Source: a virus
Lineage: Duplodnaviria > Caudoviricetes
DNA: 33,095 nt
IMG/VR virus record: IMGVR_UViG_3300038477_000063
Span: 1-33,095 of that record
Direction: 5' to 3' (one strand)
The notes beneath the pieces were generated by a model, which was given only the letters and a program-made list of their open reading frames with translations, did not search any database and was not told where the DNA came from. Positions 7,630 through 16,136 of the stretch are shown one piece after another; the first letter of the stretch is position 1; each line of letters opens with the position of its first letter. Position numbers and translations under genes: made by a program.

Positions 7630-7711
7630 GTTTGAGCTGGTAATGCTGCGGCAAGTCCCTATAGTAAACGTCCTTGCCGCAAACGCAGTTTATGAAATCA
7701 GAGTTTGTCAT
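7547..7711 (-). CDS. 54-aa single C2H2-like zinc-finger mini-protein (not in ORF track)
   Basis: TAATG coupling to the holin stop; MTNSDFINCVCGKDVYYRDLPQHYQLKH. Confidence 0.5.
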   Translation of the reverse strand: MTNSDFINCVCGKDVYYRDLPQHYQLKHEWPKDPMQNLPPDSQSQPDERAHVGA

Positions 7712-7962
7712 TAGGCTTGCGGCGGGGCCGTGTCAATGGTCGGCATGGTCGGCACTTCGGCCTGGAACCACTCCACAATGCCGGACCAGATTACGTTAAT
7801 GGTAGCCAGCGGCACGCCGTACTTTACCAAGTCGGTGCTGAACCATGCCGGTACGCTGGCGTGGTTTGCAAAATACACAAACAAGGCCAGCAGAAACGTT
7901 GACCATATGATGTGCAGCGCCACCTTGGCGGCGTGGAGCAACGCTTGTTCGAACTTAGTCAT
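7711..7962 (-). CDS. Putative holin (two transmembrane helices)
   Basis: Two hydrophobic segments; ATGA-coupled to the muramidase gene. Confidence 0.6.
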   Translation of the reverse strand: MTKFEQALLHAAKVALHIIWSTFLLALFVYFANHASVPAWFSTDLVKYGVPLATINVIWSGIVEWFQAEVPTMPTIDTAPPQA

Positions 7963-8456
7963 TTGATTTCCTTCATGAACCCAATTATTTTAGGCGCATA
8001 GCTAGGGTTCGGATTATAGCTATGCAGCTTTTGAACTAGAGTTTTTCCCTGGTAGTAACTTCCACACGCCAGTTGTTCAGTAATGAGTTGAATGCCTTGA
8101 GCAACGCTCCCAAAGTTATAACCTTTGCAACTTTGCCATCCAAACCAGTTATCTCCACAAGCGTGGTTTCCTGCGCTGGATTCGGCAACCGAAATTGCTG
8201 GCAGGAGACGGTAGTCAATTTGGTATTGGTCGGCATAGGTGAGATAGGCGGTTATCGGATAAGGCTTTTTGCCGTGGTAGTGGTCAAAGAAGTTAATGAG
8301 GCTGACTCTTTCGCGATGTTTAATGTTGGTCTGGTGCTGGCTTTGAAGTTGGACGAAGAAGTCGTCCGGTAACTCGGTCGTAAGCGACGGACTCGCCAAT
8401 AGTACAACCGAGAACAAAGAAGACAATAGCAGTAACACTAAAGAGGATAATTTCAC
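7959..8456 (-). CDS. Secreted lysozyme-fold muramidase/glucosaminidase (endolysin candidate)
   Basis: Signal peptide; IDYRLLPAISVAESSAG (catalytic Glu), NWFGW, F.S...GI, YNP...Y..KI. Confidence 0.8.
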   Translation of the reverse strand: MKLSSLVLLLLSSLFSVVLLASPSLTTELPDDFFVQLQSQHQTNIKHRERVSLINFFDHYHGKKPYPITAYLTYADQYQIDYRLLPAISVAESSAGNHACGDNWFGWQSCKGYNFGSVAQGIQLITEQLACGSYYQGKTLVQKLHSYNPNPSYAPKIIGFMKEIK

Positions 8457-8638
8457 GCATAGGGTTATGGGTGCCGACAGTCGCTGGTTTACAATCAGGT
8501 TCCAATCAACATTCGGGTAGTTTACAAAGTCCAGCGAATTTAGGGCAGTGAATAATTAGCGGGCAGCTAACCCCCAAGCCCAATTGAGGCTTAGGAGGAT
8601 CATCGAAGGCCGAGACTCCAACTATTTTGGCTGGAGGG

Positions 8639-8743
8639 TTAGCTGGCTATGAACTTGATGAATTTGTAAAGTTCGACGAGCAGGATGGCGGCGAGGCCGT
8701 ACTTGAAGATGAGTTTGTGCGGGTCGCGCGGAAGTGTTGGCAT
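8639..8743 (-). CDS. 34-aa hydrophobic peptide, type I toxin-like (not in ORF track)
   Basis: MPTLPRDPHKLIFKYGLAAILLVELYKFIKFIAS; SD AAGGAG; own promoter upstream. Confidence 0.6.
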   Translation of the reverse strand: MPTLPRDPHKLIFKYGLAAILLVELYKFIKFIAS

Positions 8744-8777
8744 TTAGCTCTCCTTAAGAAAAACGAGAGCCAAAACC

Positions 8778-8805
8778 AGTGTAAGCTTATTGGAGGCGTT
8801 GTCAA
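8778..8805 (-). promoter_or_regulatory. Promoter of the small peptide gene
   Basis: TTGACA (8805-8800), 16 nt, TACACT (8783-8778). Confidence 0.7.
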
Positions 8806-8978
8806 GAGCTCGACGTGAGGGGGGAGGGAGCAATTCGTTAAGTGCAATCAGTTGCCTAACTTAGAGGTCAGTGTTTCTGTTTAAAGCTTGGTCAAATCAT
8901 GTTAAAGGCCTGTTGGCCTCTGACACATTATTTTTTGTTAATGGAGGGGGCGGACGATGTTCTGCCGCCCCGTTGCCG

Positions 8979-9695
8979 TTACTTGAAGAAACTGCCGAGG
9001 CTGGCGGTGGCTTTATAGCGCGGAACCGGTTCTAGCTCGCCGATAGCCGAAGTGAAGGCGTTGTTGAGCGAGTAGGCGGTGCGCGGGCGGAACTCGTCAA
9101 AGGCGGGTTCCTGCCAGTTGTGCCAGACTTCGCGGGCCAGGTGTTTTGGCGCGTCGAGCTGGTCTTCCACGAAAGCCTTGAAGATGGTCAGGCGCACTTG
9201 GTCGTCGCTGAGTTGAAGCTCCTTCCACGCCTCTACCTGAATCTGCATCGGCTCAAAGCCACGCTGGGCTTCGTCAATGCCGATGCTGAGGGCGTTCCTG
9301 AGCGAGAAGTTCTTGCTGTGCTTGGCCAGCACGATGTTGAAGTCGCCGGAGAAGCAGAGGTTTGAACAAACGAAGATGCGGAGCCCGACAACGATGGATA
9401 GGCGGAACTGCTTGCTGTGGCTGTTGCGAACCCCTAGAGCGAACTGGGCGCCGTCAATGCCCTGGTCAAGCGTCATTACCCCGAAGAAGTTCCGGCCGTC
9501 CTTGGTGACGGCGTATTCTTCCCTGGCAATGGCGATGTGGCGGAAGCCGAGTTGTTCCTCCAGCGAGTTGACAATCTCCACGTGAGGAATTACCTGGTGC
9601 GTTAGCGTGGACGGCGGAGCTGGCACGAGCGCCAATTCCTGCCGCGTGAGCGTGCCGGTGGTGTCGTGGCCGGCAATCAGGGTGGTTTCAGGCAT
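8979..9695 (-). CDS. DUF932 family protein
   Basis: LGVRNSHS....L....G.R.FVCSN..F...HS and T.Y.L.NAFT motifs typical of DUF932 proteins of mobile elements. Confidence 0.85.
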   Translation of the reverse strand: MPETTLIAGHDTTGTLTRQELALVPAPPSTLTHQVIPHVEIVNSLEEQLGFRHIAIAREEYAVTKDGRNFFGVMTLDQGIDGAQFALGVRNSHSKQFRLSIVVGLRIFVCSNLCFSGDFNIVLAKHSKNFSLRNALSIGIDEAQRGFEPMQIQVEAWKELQLSDDQVRLTIFKAFVEDQLDAPKHLAREVWHNWQEPAFDEFRPRTAYSLNNAFTSAIGELEPVPRYKATASLGSFFK

Positions 9696-9861
9696 GGGCC
9701 GGCTCCTGGGGCTTGGGCTTGCGCTCCTTGATGTTCAGGACGAGGCCTGGCTGGGTATACAGCTTCACGTTCAGTGAGCCGTCTTTGCAGCCGAAGGCAA
9801 CGCCTACGTTGTGGTAATACTTCTGGTCACCATTTTCTTCAATGACGCGAACGTCATACAT
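9688..9861 (-). CDS. 57-aa small beta protein (not in ORF track), possibly ssDNA-binding-like
   Basis: SD AGGAGG; K.Y..VGVAF..KDGSLNVKL...P; ATGCCTGA overlap with DUF932. Confidence 0.7.
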   Translation of the reverse strand: MYDVRVIEENGDQKYYHNVGVAFGCKDGSLNVKLYTQPGLVLNIKERKPKPQEPAHA

Positions 9862-9992
9862 ACACTCCTCCTATGGAGTCTGAGATTCCGCAAGGTTCGC
9901 TTGCGGGCTGGAAGGAGCCAGTGTGCACGACTGTTGTCAGCTAGAAAGCTGACTGCTCCCAGTCCGAAAACGAATTGTTAAGGAGGTTAGGC

Positions 9993-10032
9993 GGGGGAGC
10001 TAGGTAAAGTTATGAAGAAAACCTGCTCCCCC
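9993..10032 (-). terminator. Hairpin downstream of the protease gene (possible terminator)
   Basis: GGGGGAGC 9993-10000 / GCTCCCCC 10025-10032, with inner AGGT/ACCT; no clear U-tract. Confidence 0.45.
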
Positions 10033-10109
10033 TAAAAGTGCTCGCTTTCGCCAGCTACGCTAATTATAAAACTTCTGCAAAATCCTGCAAACGAGATATC
10101 CACAAGGCG

Positions 10110-11009
10110 CTACTGATTTGGGAATGTCACCGTAGGTTCGCTGCCGGTGAAACCAAATGCGGCTTTGAGATTGTCGAGGGTTTGCTGGTCTTTGGCAAGC
10201 GCGCCGCTGACAGCAAACTGTCCGACAACCAGCACGCCTTCCGTGCCGTTGATGTTGATGATAAACTTCTGGTCCATAGTCTGTCCTTTCTTGGTCACGG
10301 TAAACCCAATGAAGGTGTTGCCGGACGTAAAATAGCTTTCTCTTATGTGGTGCTGTTTGACTTCGTTGCACCAGGACGATGCGGCGATAATGCAGCGCTG
10401 GCCGTCGCTGTGGACGTGGTAGCCCATGGCGTAGAGGCAGTGGCCCCACACGGGGCTGTGTGGCTGTCCAATAGTCGCGGCTTCGGTGGCGGTCGGCGGG
10501 ACGGGGTTTTCCATGTCCTGCCAGCCAGCGTTTGTTCCCTGGACGCCAAACACCGCGCCCTGGAAGTTCTTAATGGCGTAAGCAAGCGTGTTGATGTCGT
10601 CGTGCTGGAGCTGAAGCAGGTTTGCTTCCTCGTTCGGCTGAGCGAGCGATTCATCGAGACCGGTCTTATCGCGCATATTCGCCGGAGTCTTGGGGTCTGG
10701 GTCTGGAGCTTCGGCGAATGTCTCTTGGCCACAGCTCACCAGCCGACTTCCACCATCGCCAATATCAGCGCCATACTGTTGGGCGATAAAGGCGAATAGC
10801 GACCGGACGCTGAATTGAGTCCGCTCAAACTGCCAGTGGTATTTGCTCCAGCCCTCACCTACACAGCAGTCAGCCAAGCCCTGGTCAGTATCGGGCGGCT
10901 GGGGGAGCTGAAAGGGAATAGTGAAATCAACAACCGGGATTGCTGCGGCGAGTTGGGTCTCGGGCAGAACTTGGACGATAATGGCACCTTTGCCGTAATG
11001 TTCAATCAT
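10110..11009 (-). CDS. Papain-like (C1-type) cysteine peptidase
   Basis: DQGLADCCVG (Q...C spacing as in papain), GHCLYAMGY, IIAASSW (NSW variant). ATG 11009 preferred over TTG 11048. Confidence 0.75.
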   Translation of the reverse strand: MIEHYGKGAIIVQVLPETQLAAAIPVVDFTIPFQLPQPPDTDQGLADCCVGEGWSKYHWQFERTQFSVRSLFAFIAQQYGADIGDGGSRLVSCGQETFAEAPDPDPKTPANMRDKTGLDESLAQPNEEANLLQLQHDDINTLAYAIKNFQGAVFGVQGTNAGWQDMENPVPPTATEAATIGQPHSPVWGHCLYAMGYHVHSDGQRCIIAASSWCNEVKQHHIRESYFTSGNTFIGFTVTKKGQTMDQKFIININGTEGVLVVGQFAVSGALAKDQQTLDNLKAAFGFTGSEPTVTFPNQ

Positions 11010-11019
11010 AAAGTTGTTT

Positions 11020-11337
11020 TTACTTAATAATTCTAAAGTAAAGTTCAATAAACCCTATAATCCCTAAACCTCCATAGGCAATCCTCTCCAGCCAGGTAAT
11101 CCGCTTATCTAAAGCTGCGTCTTTTTCGTCTTGGTCTTTTTTGGCCAAGAACACTTTGTCAGCATTACTCAAACCATTTTCAACTTTGCTTAACCGGTCG
11201 GCGTAGTTTTCTTTTAAGTCTCTAAAACTCTCCTTCATCTCTTGATGAAATCTATCTTGACCCTCCTTCATGTTGGAAACATTGGCAACGAGGGTATTTA
11301 GGATATCGTGGTCACTTGGCAAAGTTAGGTCGGGCAT
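11020..11337 (-). CDS. Coiled-coil protein with C-terminal TM helix (holin-like)
   Basis: RITWLERIAYGGLGIIGFIELYF C-terminal TM; lies directly upstream of the peptidase. Confidence 0.6.
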   Translation of the reverse strand: MPDLTLPSDHDILNTLVANVSNMKEGQDRFHQEMKESFRDLKENYADRLSKVENGLSNADKVFLAKKDQDEKDAALDKRITWLERIAYGGLGIIGFIELYFRIIK

Positions 11338-11361
11338 GTGTATAAAAAGGGGATAACCGAT

Positions 11362-11390
11362 TTGACTGGTTATTGATTAAGGATTAAAGT
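11362..11390 (+). promoter_or_regulatory. Promoter for the antisense two-gene insert
   Basis: TTGACT, 17 nt, TAAAGT. Confidence 0.65.
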
Positions 11391-11410
11391 GTGGATGAAA
11401 GGACTTTCTT

Positions 11411-12064
11411 ATGAAGAAACTGATATTGGTGCTGGTGCTATGTGCTCTTATAATTCCGTGGCATGTCCGGGCGGCCGGGGATGTATACGGCTTCGGGGAC
11501 GGCAAGTATTACGACGTCACCGGGGCTTTAAAGTACTTCTGCTTCATGGACGGCAACTGCTTTGATATGGCTGGTGCTTTGGTAGATATGAGTGCGATTT
11601 TGGGTGCTGAGCCTCAGCCGTCTTATACCCAGGCTGTTTATGCGCCCTATCCCGATACCCCCACGCCGGTCGTGCAAAACCCTAACCAATCCGCCGCGCC
11701 TGTCCAATCAACCATTCCGTCAAGTTCTCAACCGATTGGCTCAGACACTCCTTCCGGTTTACCTCAAGACCCAAGCCTGATTGATACTTCAACGCTTTAC
11801 TCAAACTGCCAGATCAGCGTTACTGCGGACAACATCTCAATTATGATTAAGACCCTTCCTGATGCGACGGTAACGCTGGAGTTTGACGGGGCGGAAGTTC
11901 AACCGACAGACGTAGAACAGGGATTGGCGACGAAAGGTTTGAAGGATACTCTTTTTTCTGAGGATGGTTTAGCTCCTGGTAGTGACCACTCATATTCGTT
12001 ACAAGTCGAAACGTCAACTGCGTGGGATGTTAAGACAGATACCATAACAACTAAGGCGAAGTGA
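11411..12064 (+). CDS. Secreted/surface protein with P/S/Q linker and C-terminal Ig/Fn3-like domain
   Basis: Signal peptide MKKLILVLVLCALIIPWHVRA; GLAPGSDHSYSLQV resembles Fn3; opposite strand to the virion operon. Confidence 0.75.
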   Translation: MKKLILVLVLCALIIPWHVRAAGDVYGFGDGKYYDVTGALKYFCFMDGNCFDMAGALVDMSAILGAEPQPSYTQAVYAPYPDTPTPVVQNPNQSAAPVQSTIPSSSQPIGSDTPSGLPQDPSLIDTSTLYSNCQISVTADNISIMIKTLPDATVTLEFDGAEVQPTDVEQGLATKGLKDTLFSEDGLAPGSDHSYSLQVETSTAWDVKTDTITTKAK

Positions 12065-12074
12065 AAGGAGTTCT

Positions 12075-12170
12075 ATGAACATAATAGCATTTATTGCGGT
12101 ATGGTACGTGCTGTATAAGGCTTGGAATGGAATCTTGGACGGTTTGCAGAAATGGGTTAACAAGGCATAG
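12075..12170 (+). CDS. 31-aa membrane peptide (not in ORF track)
   Basis: SD AAGGAG; MNIIAFIAVWYVLYKAWNGILDGLQKWVNKA. Confidence 0.6.
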   Translation: MNIIAFIAVWYVLYKAWNGILDGLQKWVNKA

Positions 12171-12172
12171 GC

Positions 12173-13849
12173 CTAGAAGTGTTTTAACACTTCGTACGCG
12201 CCTATCGCCGTTCCAAGCATTCCGTTTTTCTTTAAGAGGTCTATTGCTGCGTTCGCGGCCCGTCTTACCAGCGGGTCTTTTATTTTGCCCGCTGCCGCCA
12301 CCGCATTGGTTTCGGTGCTTAGGTCAACACCGGTCGTAGCTTTGAAGTTATCCATTGTCATCTGAAGAATCTTTTGCCCTTGAGGAGTGGAAGAAAGGTT
12401 TTGGATTTTGGCGATTGAGCCATTGAGGTCGGTGGCCGTTACAGCTCCCGGTTTGGTGTTGAAGATATCTGACAGGCTGTCCAGCGCTCGGAATCCTTTG
12501 GAGGCGGTTTCATACATTTGGTCATAGACGGTGCCGAGGCCGGGTTGCGCAGTGTTGAGAGAATCTCTGACAGTCTGGCGCAAGTCGCCATAGACGCTTT
12601 CGACGTATCCCTTCTCGTAGGCTTGGTTGAGCGATGTGCCAAGTTCTTGGGCTTGCGAAATGGTCAGGTCAATGCTGGGTATCTTCTCGCCAACTGAGGA
12701 GGTGACATCTTCTCCAGCGATACTGGCTGTCGCTGCGGTGTCCATGAACTTCGGCAAGGAAATCCCGGCTTTCGTCGCGGCGTTCTGGATGGCTTGCACC
12801 TGGCTGGCATTGAGCGTGACTTTGGCGTCCGGGAATTGCTGCGTCAGAGTGTCAGACATGTCGGTGAGTTCGCTACCAAGCGTCGTACGGAGATTGATGG
12901 CTTTTCCATTTGCAGAGAGGACGTTGCTTATGCTCGAATCGGCCGCTTCACCGGCGCTGGACGTGAACATCTTGCTGATAGTGGGCGAGACCTTATCCAG
13001 GAGCGGGGTCAAGATGTTGCTGGTGGTCTTGTCCGGGATGAGTTTGTCCAACGTGGGACTGATGGCTTGGGAAAGCTTTTGAAGGCCGCCGCTAACTGCG
13101 TCCGCTGCTCCGCCGATAATGTCTTGGGCTGCCTGCGGAACTACGGCGCTGTAGGCGGCGCCTAAGGCTTTCCCGGCATACGGCGCTACCGCTTCGCCCA
13201 GCTTGCCGCCAATAGCGCCAATCAGGCCTTGCTTAATTACCTGAACTGGGCCTTTGTCATTCTGCATGGCGCTGCCGCCGGCCTGCGCGCCAAAACTCGC
13301 TGCGGCCGGTGCGCCACCAAGCATGAGCCCTTGGCCTGCCGTTTGGGTAGCTGCTCCAAGCAGTTCTTCGTTATTCATGCCTTTGAAAGTTTTGACGTTG
13401 CCGATGGGACTGGCCATGGTGGTATTGGCCGCCTGCTCGTGAGCTGCGGCGCCCTGGCCATTGCCGATGATAGTGTCGCCTGCGGCTTCCAATACGTCGG
13501 GTGTGGCCTGGAGGCCCCGAGCGCCTGAGGCAACCGCGCTCAATTCAGGACCGAGGATGTCTTGTATCCAGCCCTGCTGTGAGGCTGGCGCCGTTTGGGC
13601 AGACGGGAAATTCTGCGCCAGTTGCCCTGCTTGGCCGGCGCTGGCAATGAACTGCTGGTAGAGCGGCGAAACGCTAGACGCTGCCGACGTTGCGGATGTT
13701 GCCGGCGCATTTAACGGTGATGTGGTCGCGGCCGGCGTAACTGCTGCCGGCGTCGTGAGGGTTGGCATCCCGCTCGGAGCGGATTGTACTGACAGCGGAA
13801 TTCCGCCTGCTCCTGGTTGGCCTAAATTTGGAATTGTGATTGCTCCCAT
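12173..13849 (-). CDS. Putative internal virion/ejection protein
   Basis: 558 aa, Ala/Gly-rich helical segments; distal end of a podovirus structural operon. Confidence 0.6.
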   Translation of the reverse strand: MGAITIPNLGQPGAGGIPLSVQSAPSGMPTLTTPAAVTPAATTSPLNAPATSATSAASSVSPLYQQFIASAGQAGQLAQNFPSAQTAPASQQGWIQDILGPELSAVASGARGLQATPDVLEAAGDTIIGNGQGAAAHEQAANTTMASPIGNVKTFKGMNNEELLGAATQTAGQGLMLGGAPAAASFGAQAGGSAMQNDKGPVQVIKQGLIGAIGGKLGEAVAPYAGKALGAAYSAVVPQAAQDIIGGAADAVSGGLQKLSQAISPTLDKLIPDKTTSNILTPLLDKVSPTISKMFTSSAGEAADSSISNVLSANGKAINLRTTLGSELTDMSDTLTQQFPDAKVTLNASQVQAIQNAATKAGISLPKFMDTAATASIAGEDVTSSVGEKIPSIDLTISQAQELGTSLNQAYEKGYVESVYGDLRQTVRDSLNTAQPGLGTVYDQMYETASKGFRALDSLSDIFNTKPGAVTATDLNGSIAKIQNLSSTPQGQKILQMTMDNFKATTGVDLSTETNAVAAAGKIKDPLVRRAANAAIDLLKKNGMLGTAIGAYEVLKHF

Positions 13850-13864
13850 AGGTGTTGAGATTAT

Positions 13865-16117
13865 TTATTGTTGATAGCCTGACTGTTGAAGAAATGTTGT
13901 GAGGGCTGGCGCGGGAACGCCGGTCTGTGCGGAGTAGGTCTTGGCATTGGCATAATTGAAGAAGCCGATAGCGCCTTTGAGCTTGGTAATAACAGTTGCG
14001 GTCGGGTCATCCTGGCCCGGTTGGAACTGTGAGGACTGGCCAATGTCGGTGGGGTTCAGGCGAATACCATACAAGCCATTTTCCAAAAGTGAGTTGCCAA
14101 CGTTCATTAACTGGTTAAATTGCTGGTAGTCTTTGGTGGGGTTGGTTCCAGCCCAAGGCTTGGCGCTCTGGACAATATTCTGGTAGACACCCGTGCTCAG
14201 TTCCGGATGGTTGTTGAGAATAGTGAGCGCCTGCGTGTAGGCGTCAATGGCCTCGGAAACGTTGTCCACCTTTGACTGCGTATTCGGCTGCATGGCCTTA
14301 TAGGCCAGAGTGTTGATGAAATTTGCTGCTGCCTCGGTATTCCCTGACTGTAGGTAGCCTTGGAACGTGGATGTTGAAAGTGCGAGTTGTTGGGTGCTGC
14401 TGAAACTTGGTGCGAGGTTTGAAAACGCCTGTGTTAGTTGCGTTACGCCGCTGATATCTCCCTGATTGGCCGGAGCATTTGAAACACTCAAGCCGCCTTG
14501 GCCTGAACTGGCCATGCCGCCGACATTGTTGTTGGCCGGCTGGCTAACGCCCATGATGCTGCCGAGGTAGCTCTGCAATGCCTGCATCCCGACTTGCGGG
14601 CTGGAGAAGCCGGCATAGGTAATGCCGTTCTGTCCTTTAAAGGGCACGGCTCCATACTGCTTGTCTAGGCCGTACTGTTGTGCTGCTGCCCATTCAATAG
14701 CGCCGGGATTGTTGGCTTGAGTAATGGAGGGAGCTTTCGCCGTATTATAGCCCTCGTTCGTGCTAATGGCTTGAGAGATTTGTGGGATGTATTGCTGGAG
14801 CTGGCTGACCGGCGTGTTGGAATTAACGTTCACGCCCATGCTTTGAAGCGTACTGATAACGCCGGATTCGTAGCTTGCTGATTGAGTGGAATTCGGGCCA
14901 TTGACATACGTTCCAAGGAGTTTAGAAAGCGTGTCGGTGGAAGAAACCAAAGGCTGTGCCGTGTAGCCGCCGACCCCGCTGCTTGCGGTTGTGCCGGACT
15001 GGCCACTGTACGTGTTCGTGCCGGTGGTGTTGGTCTGACCTGTATTCGAGTTGAAGCCGTACACCTGGCCGGTCGGGGTGGTAATGGCGCTGTATTGGCC
15101 AGTGGGCGGTGAAATCTGCTTGTAGGTCTTGGTTGTCGGGTCGTACGAGTAAAGTCCGGTCTGCGGCGTGCCAAAAACCTTTTCCGCGGCTGTGGTCTGC
15201 GCGGAGGCTGACAGATACTCCGGGTAGTAGCGCTGGATAAGCTGTTGGGTGGCTGTGTTCTGTGCGGCGCCTTGCTGTTTTTCTGCCTGACTGAGCAGGT
15301 AAGTGAGTTTCTGCTGGTTTACCGATTGGTTTGTAGTGAAGTCGTTGGTGTAGCGCGTCACCATGTTGTTGGCCTCGTTCACGCCTTGGGCGTATAGGTT
15401 TTGGTAGTTGGCCTGTTCGTTGATCAGGTTGCCGATGGTTTGTTGCGCGGTATTGTAGAGTTGGGACGTCCGGCCAACACGGGCGGCATCGGAAAGGAAC
15501 GGGTTTTCGTTCTCCTTGCCCACCGCGTCAATATACTGCTGGTTCGTCTGCGCTATCTGGTCGTTGTAGTCGGAAATCTTCTGTTTCAGGTCGCCCAGCC
15601 CTGCGGTGTTGTAGGCCTGGTTGTAGACATCCACCGTGCTCTGTTGCGGCGTGGCAAAAGCTGCGGTGGAAGCTGCTGGAATTCCGAGGTCACTTTGAAT
15701 CTGCTTATAGGTTCCGGTGTTGGTGGCAGTCTCCGAACCCAAAAGGTTCAGGTAGTCCGTTGACGACATGCCGGCCAGGCCCGCGTTGTTGGCGATATTG
15801 CCATTCTGGTCCACCTCGTTGCCGTTTACGTCATAGGTCTTGCCGTTACCAAAAGAGAAGGTTTGGGCTGGTTGACTAGTTGGCTGCTGCTTTGCTGGAG
15901 TAGTGGCGGGCGTCGAGGTCGCAACCGGCGTAGAATACCCCCCAGAACCGCCGTTTTGCGCCGTAGTGGTGCTGGTTTGGGCTGGGGCGGTAACTGGAGC
16001 CGCTGGCTGCAAGATGTTCGCTGTGGACTGGCTGCCCGCCTGCGCCACGCCTGGTACGCTGCTGGCGGCGGGTCCTAATAGGTTTGAATTGGCGGGAATC
16101 ACTGAGAGCATTGTCAT
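13865..16117 (-). CDS. Putative ejection protein with lysozyme-like (NNPG) domain
   Basis: 750 aa, Q/T/S/N-rich coiled coil; AISTNEG...NNPGAI...F.SPQVGMQAL. Confidence 0.65.
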   Translation of the reverse strand: MTMLSVIPANSNLLGPAASSVPGVAQAGSQSTANILQPAAPVTAPAQTSTTTAQNGGSGGYSTPVATSTPATTPAKQQPTSQPAQTFSFGNGKTYDVNGNEVDQNGNIANNAGLAGMSSTDYLNLLGSETATNTGTYKQIQSDLGIPAASTAAFATPQQSTVDVYNQAYNTAGLGDLKQKISDYNDQIAQTNQQYIDAVGKENENPFLSDAARVGRTSQLYNTAQQTIGNLINEQANYQNLYAQGVNEANNMVTRYTNDFTTNQSVNQQKLTYLLSQAEKQQGAAQNTATQQLIQRYYPEYLSASAQTTAAEKVFGTPQTGLYSYDPTTKTYKQISPPTGQYSAITTPTGQVYGFNSNTGQTNTTGTNTYSGQSGTTASSGVGGYTAQPLVSSTDTLSKLLGTYVNGPNSTQSASYESGVISTLQSMGVNVNSNTPVSQLQQYIPQISQAISTNEGYNTAKAPSITQANNPGAIEWAAAQQYGLDKQYGAVPFKGQNGITYAGFSSPQVGMQALQSYLGSIMGVSQPANNNVGGMASSGQGGLSVSNAPANQGDISGVTQLTQAFSNLAPSFSSTQQLALSTSTFQGYLQSGNTEAAANFINTLAYKAMQPNTQSKVDNVSEAIDAYTQALTILNNHPELSTGVYQNIVQSAKPWAGTNPTKDYQQFNQLMNVGNSLLENGLYGIRLNPTDIGQSSQFQPGQDDPTATVITKLKGAIGFFNYANAKTYSAQTGVPAPALTTFLQQSGYQQ

Positions 16118-16136
16118 TGAAGTGAGACGTTAAGAA

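Noticed and set aside
10038-10799. 253-aa + strand ORF
   Set aside because: Antisense to the motif-bearing peptidase; no recognisable features.
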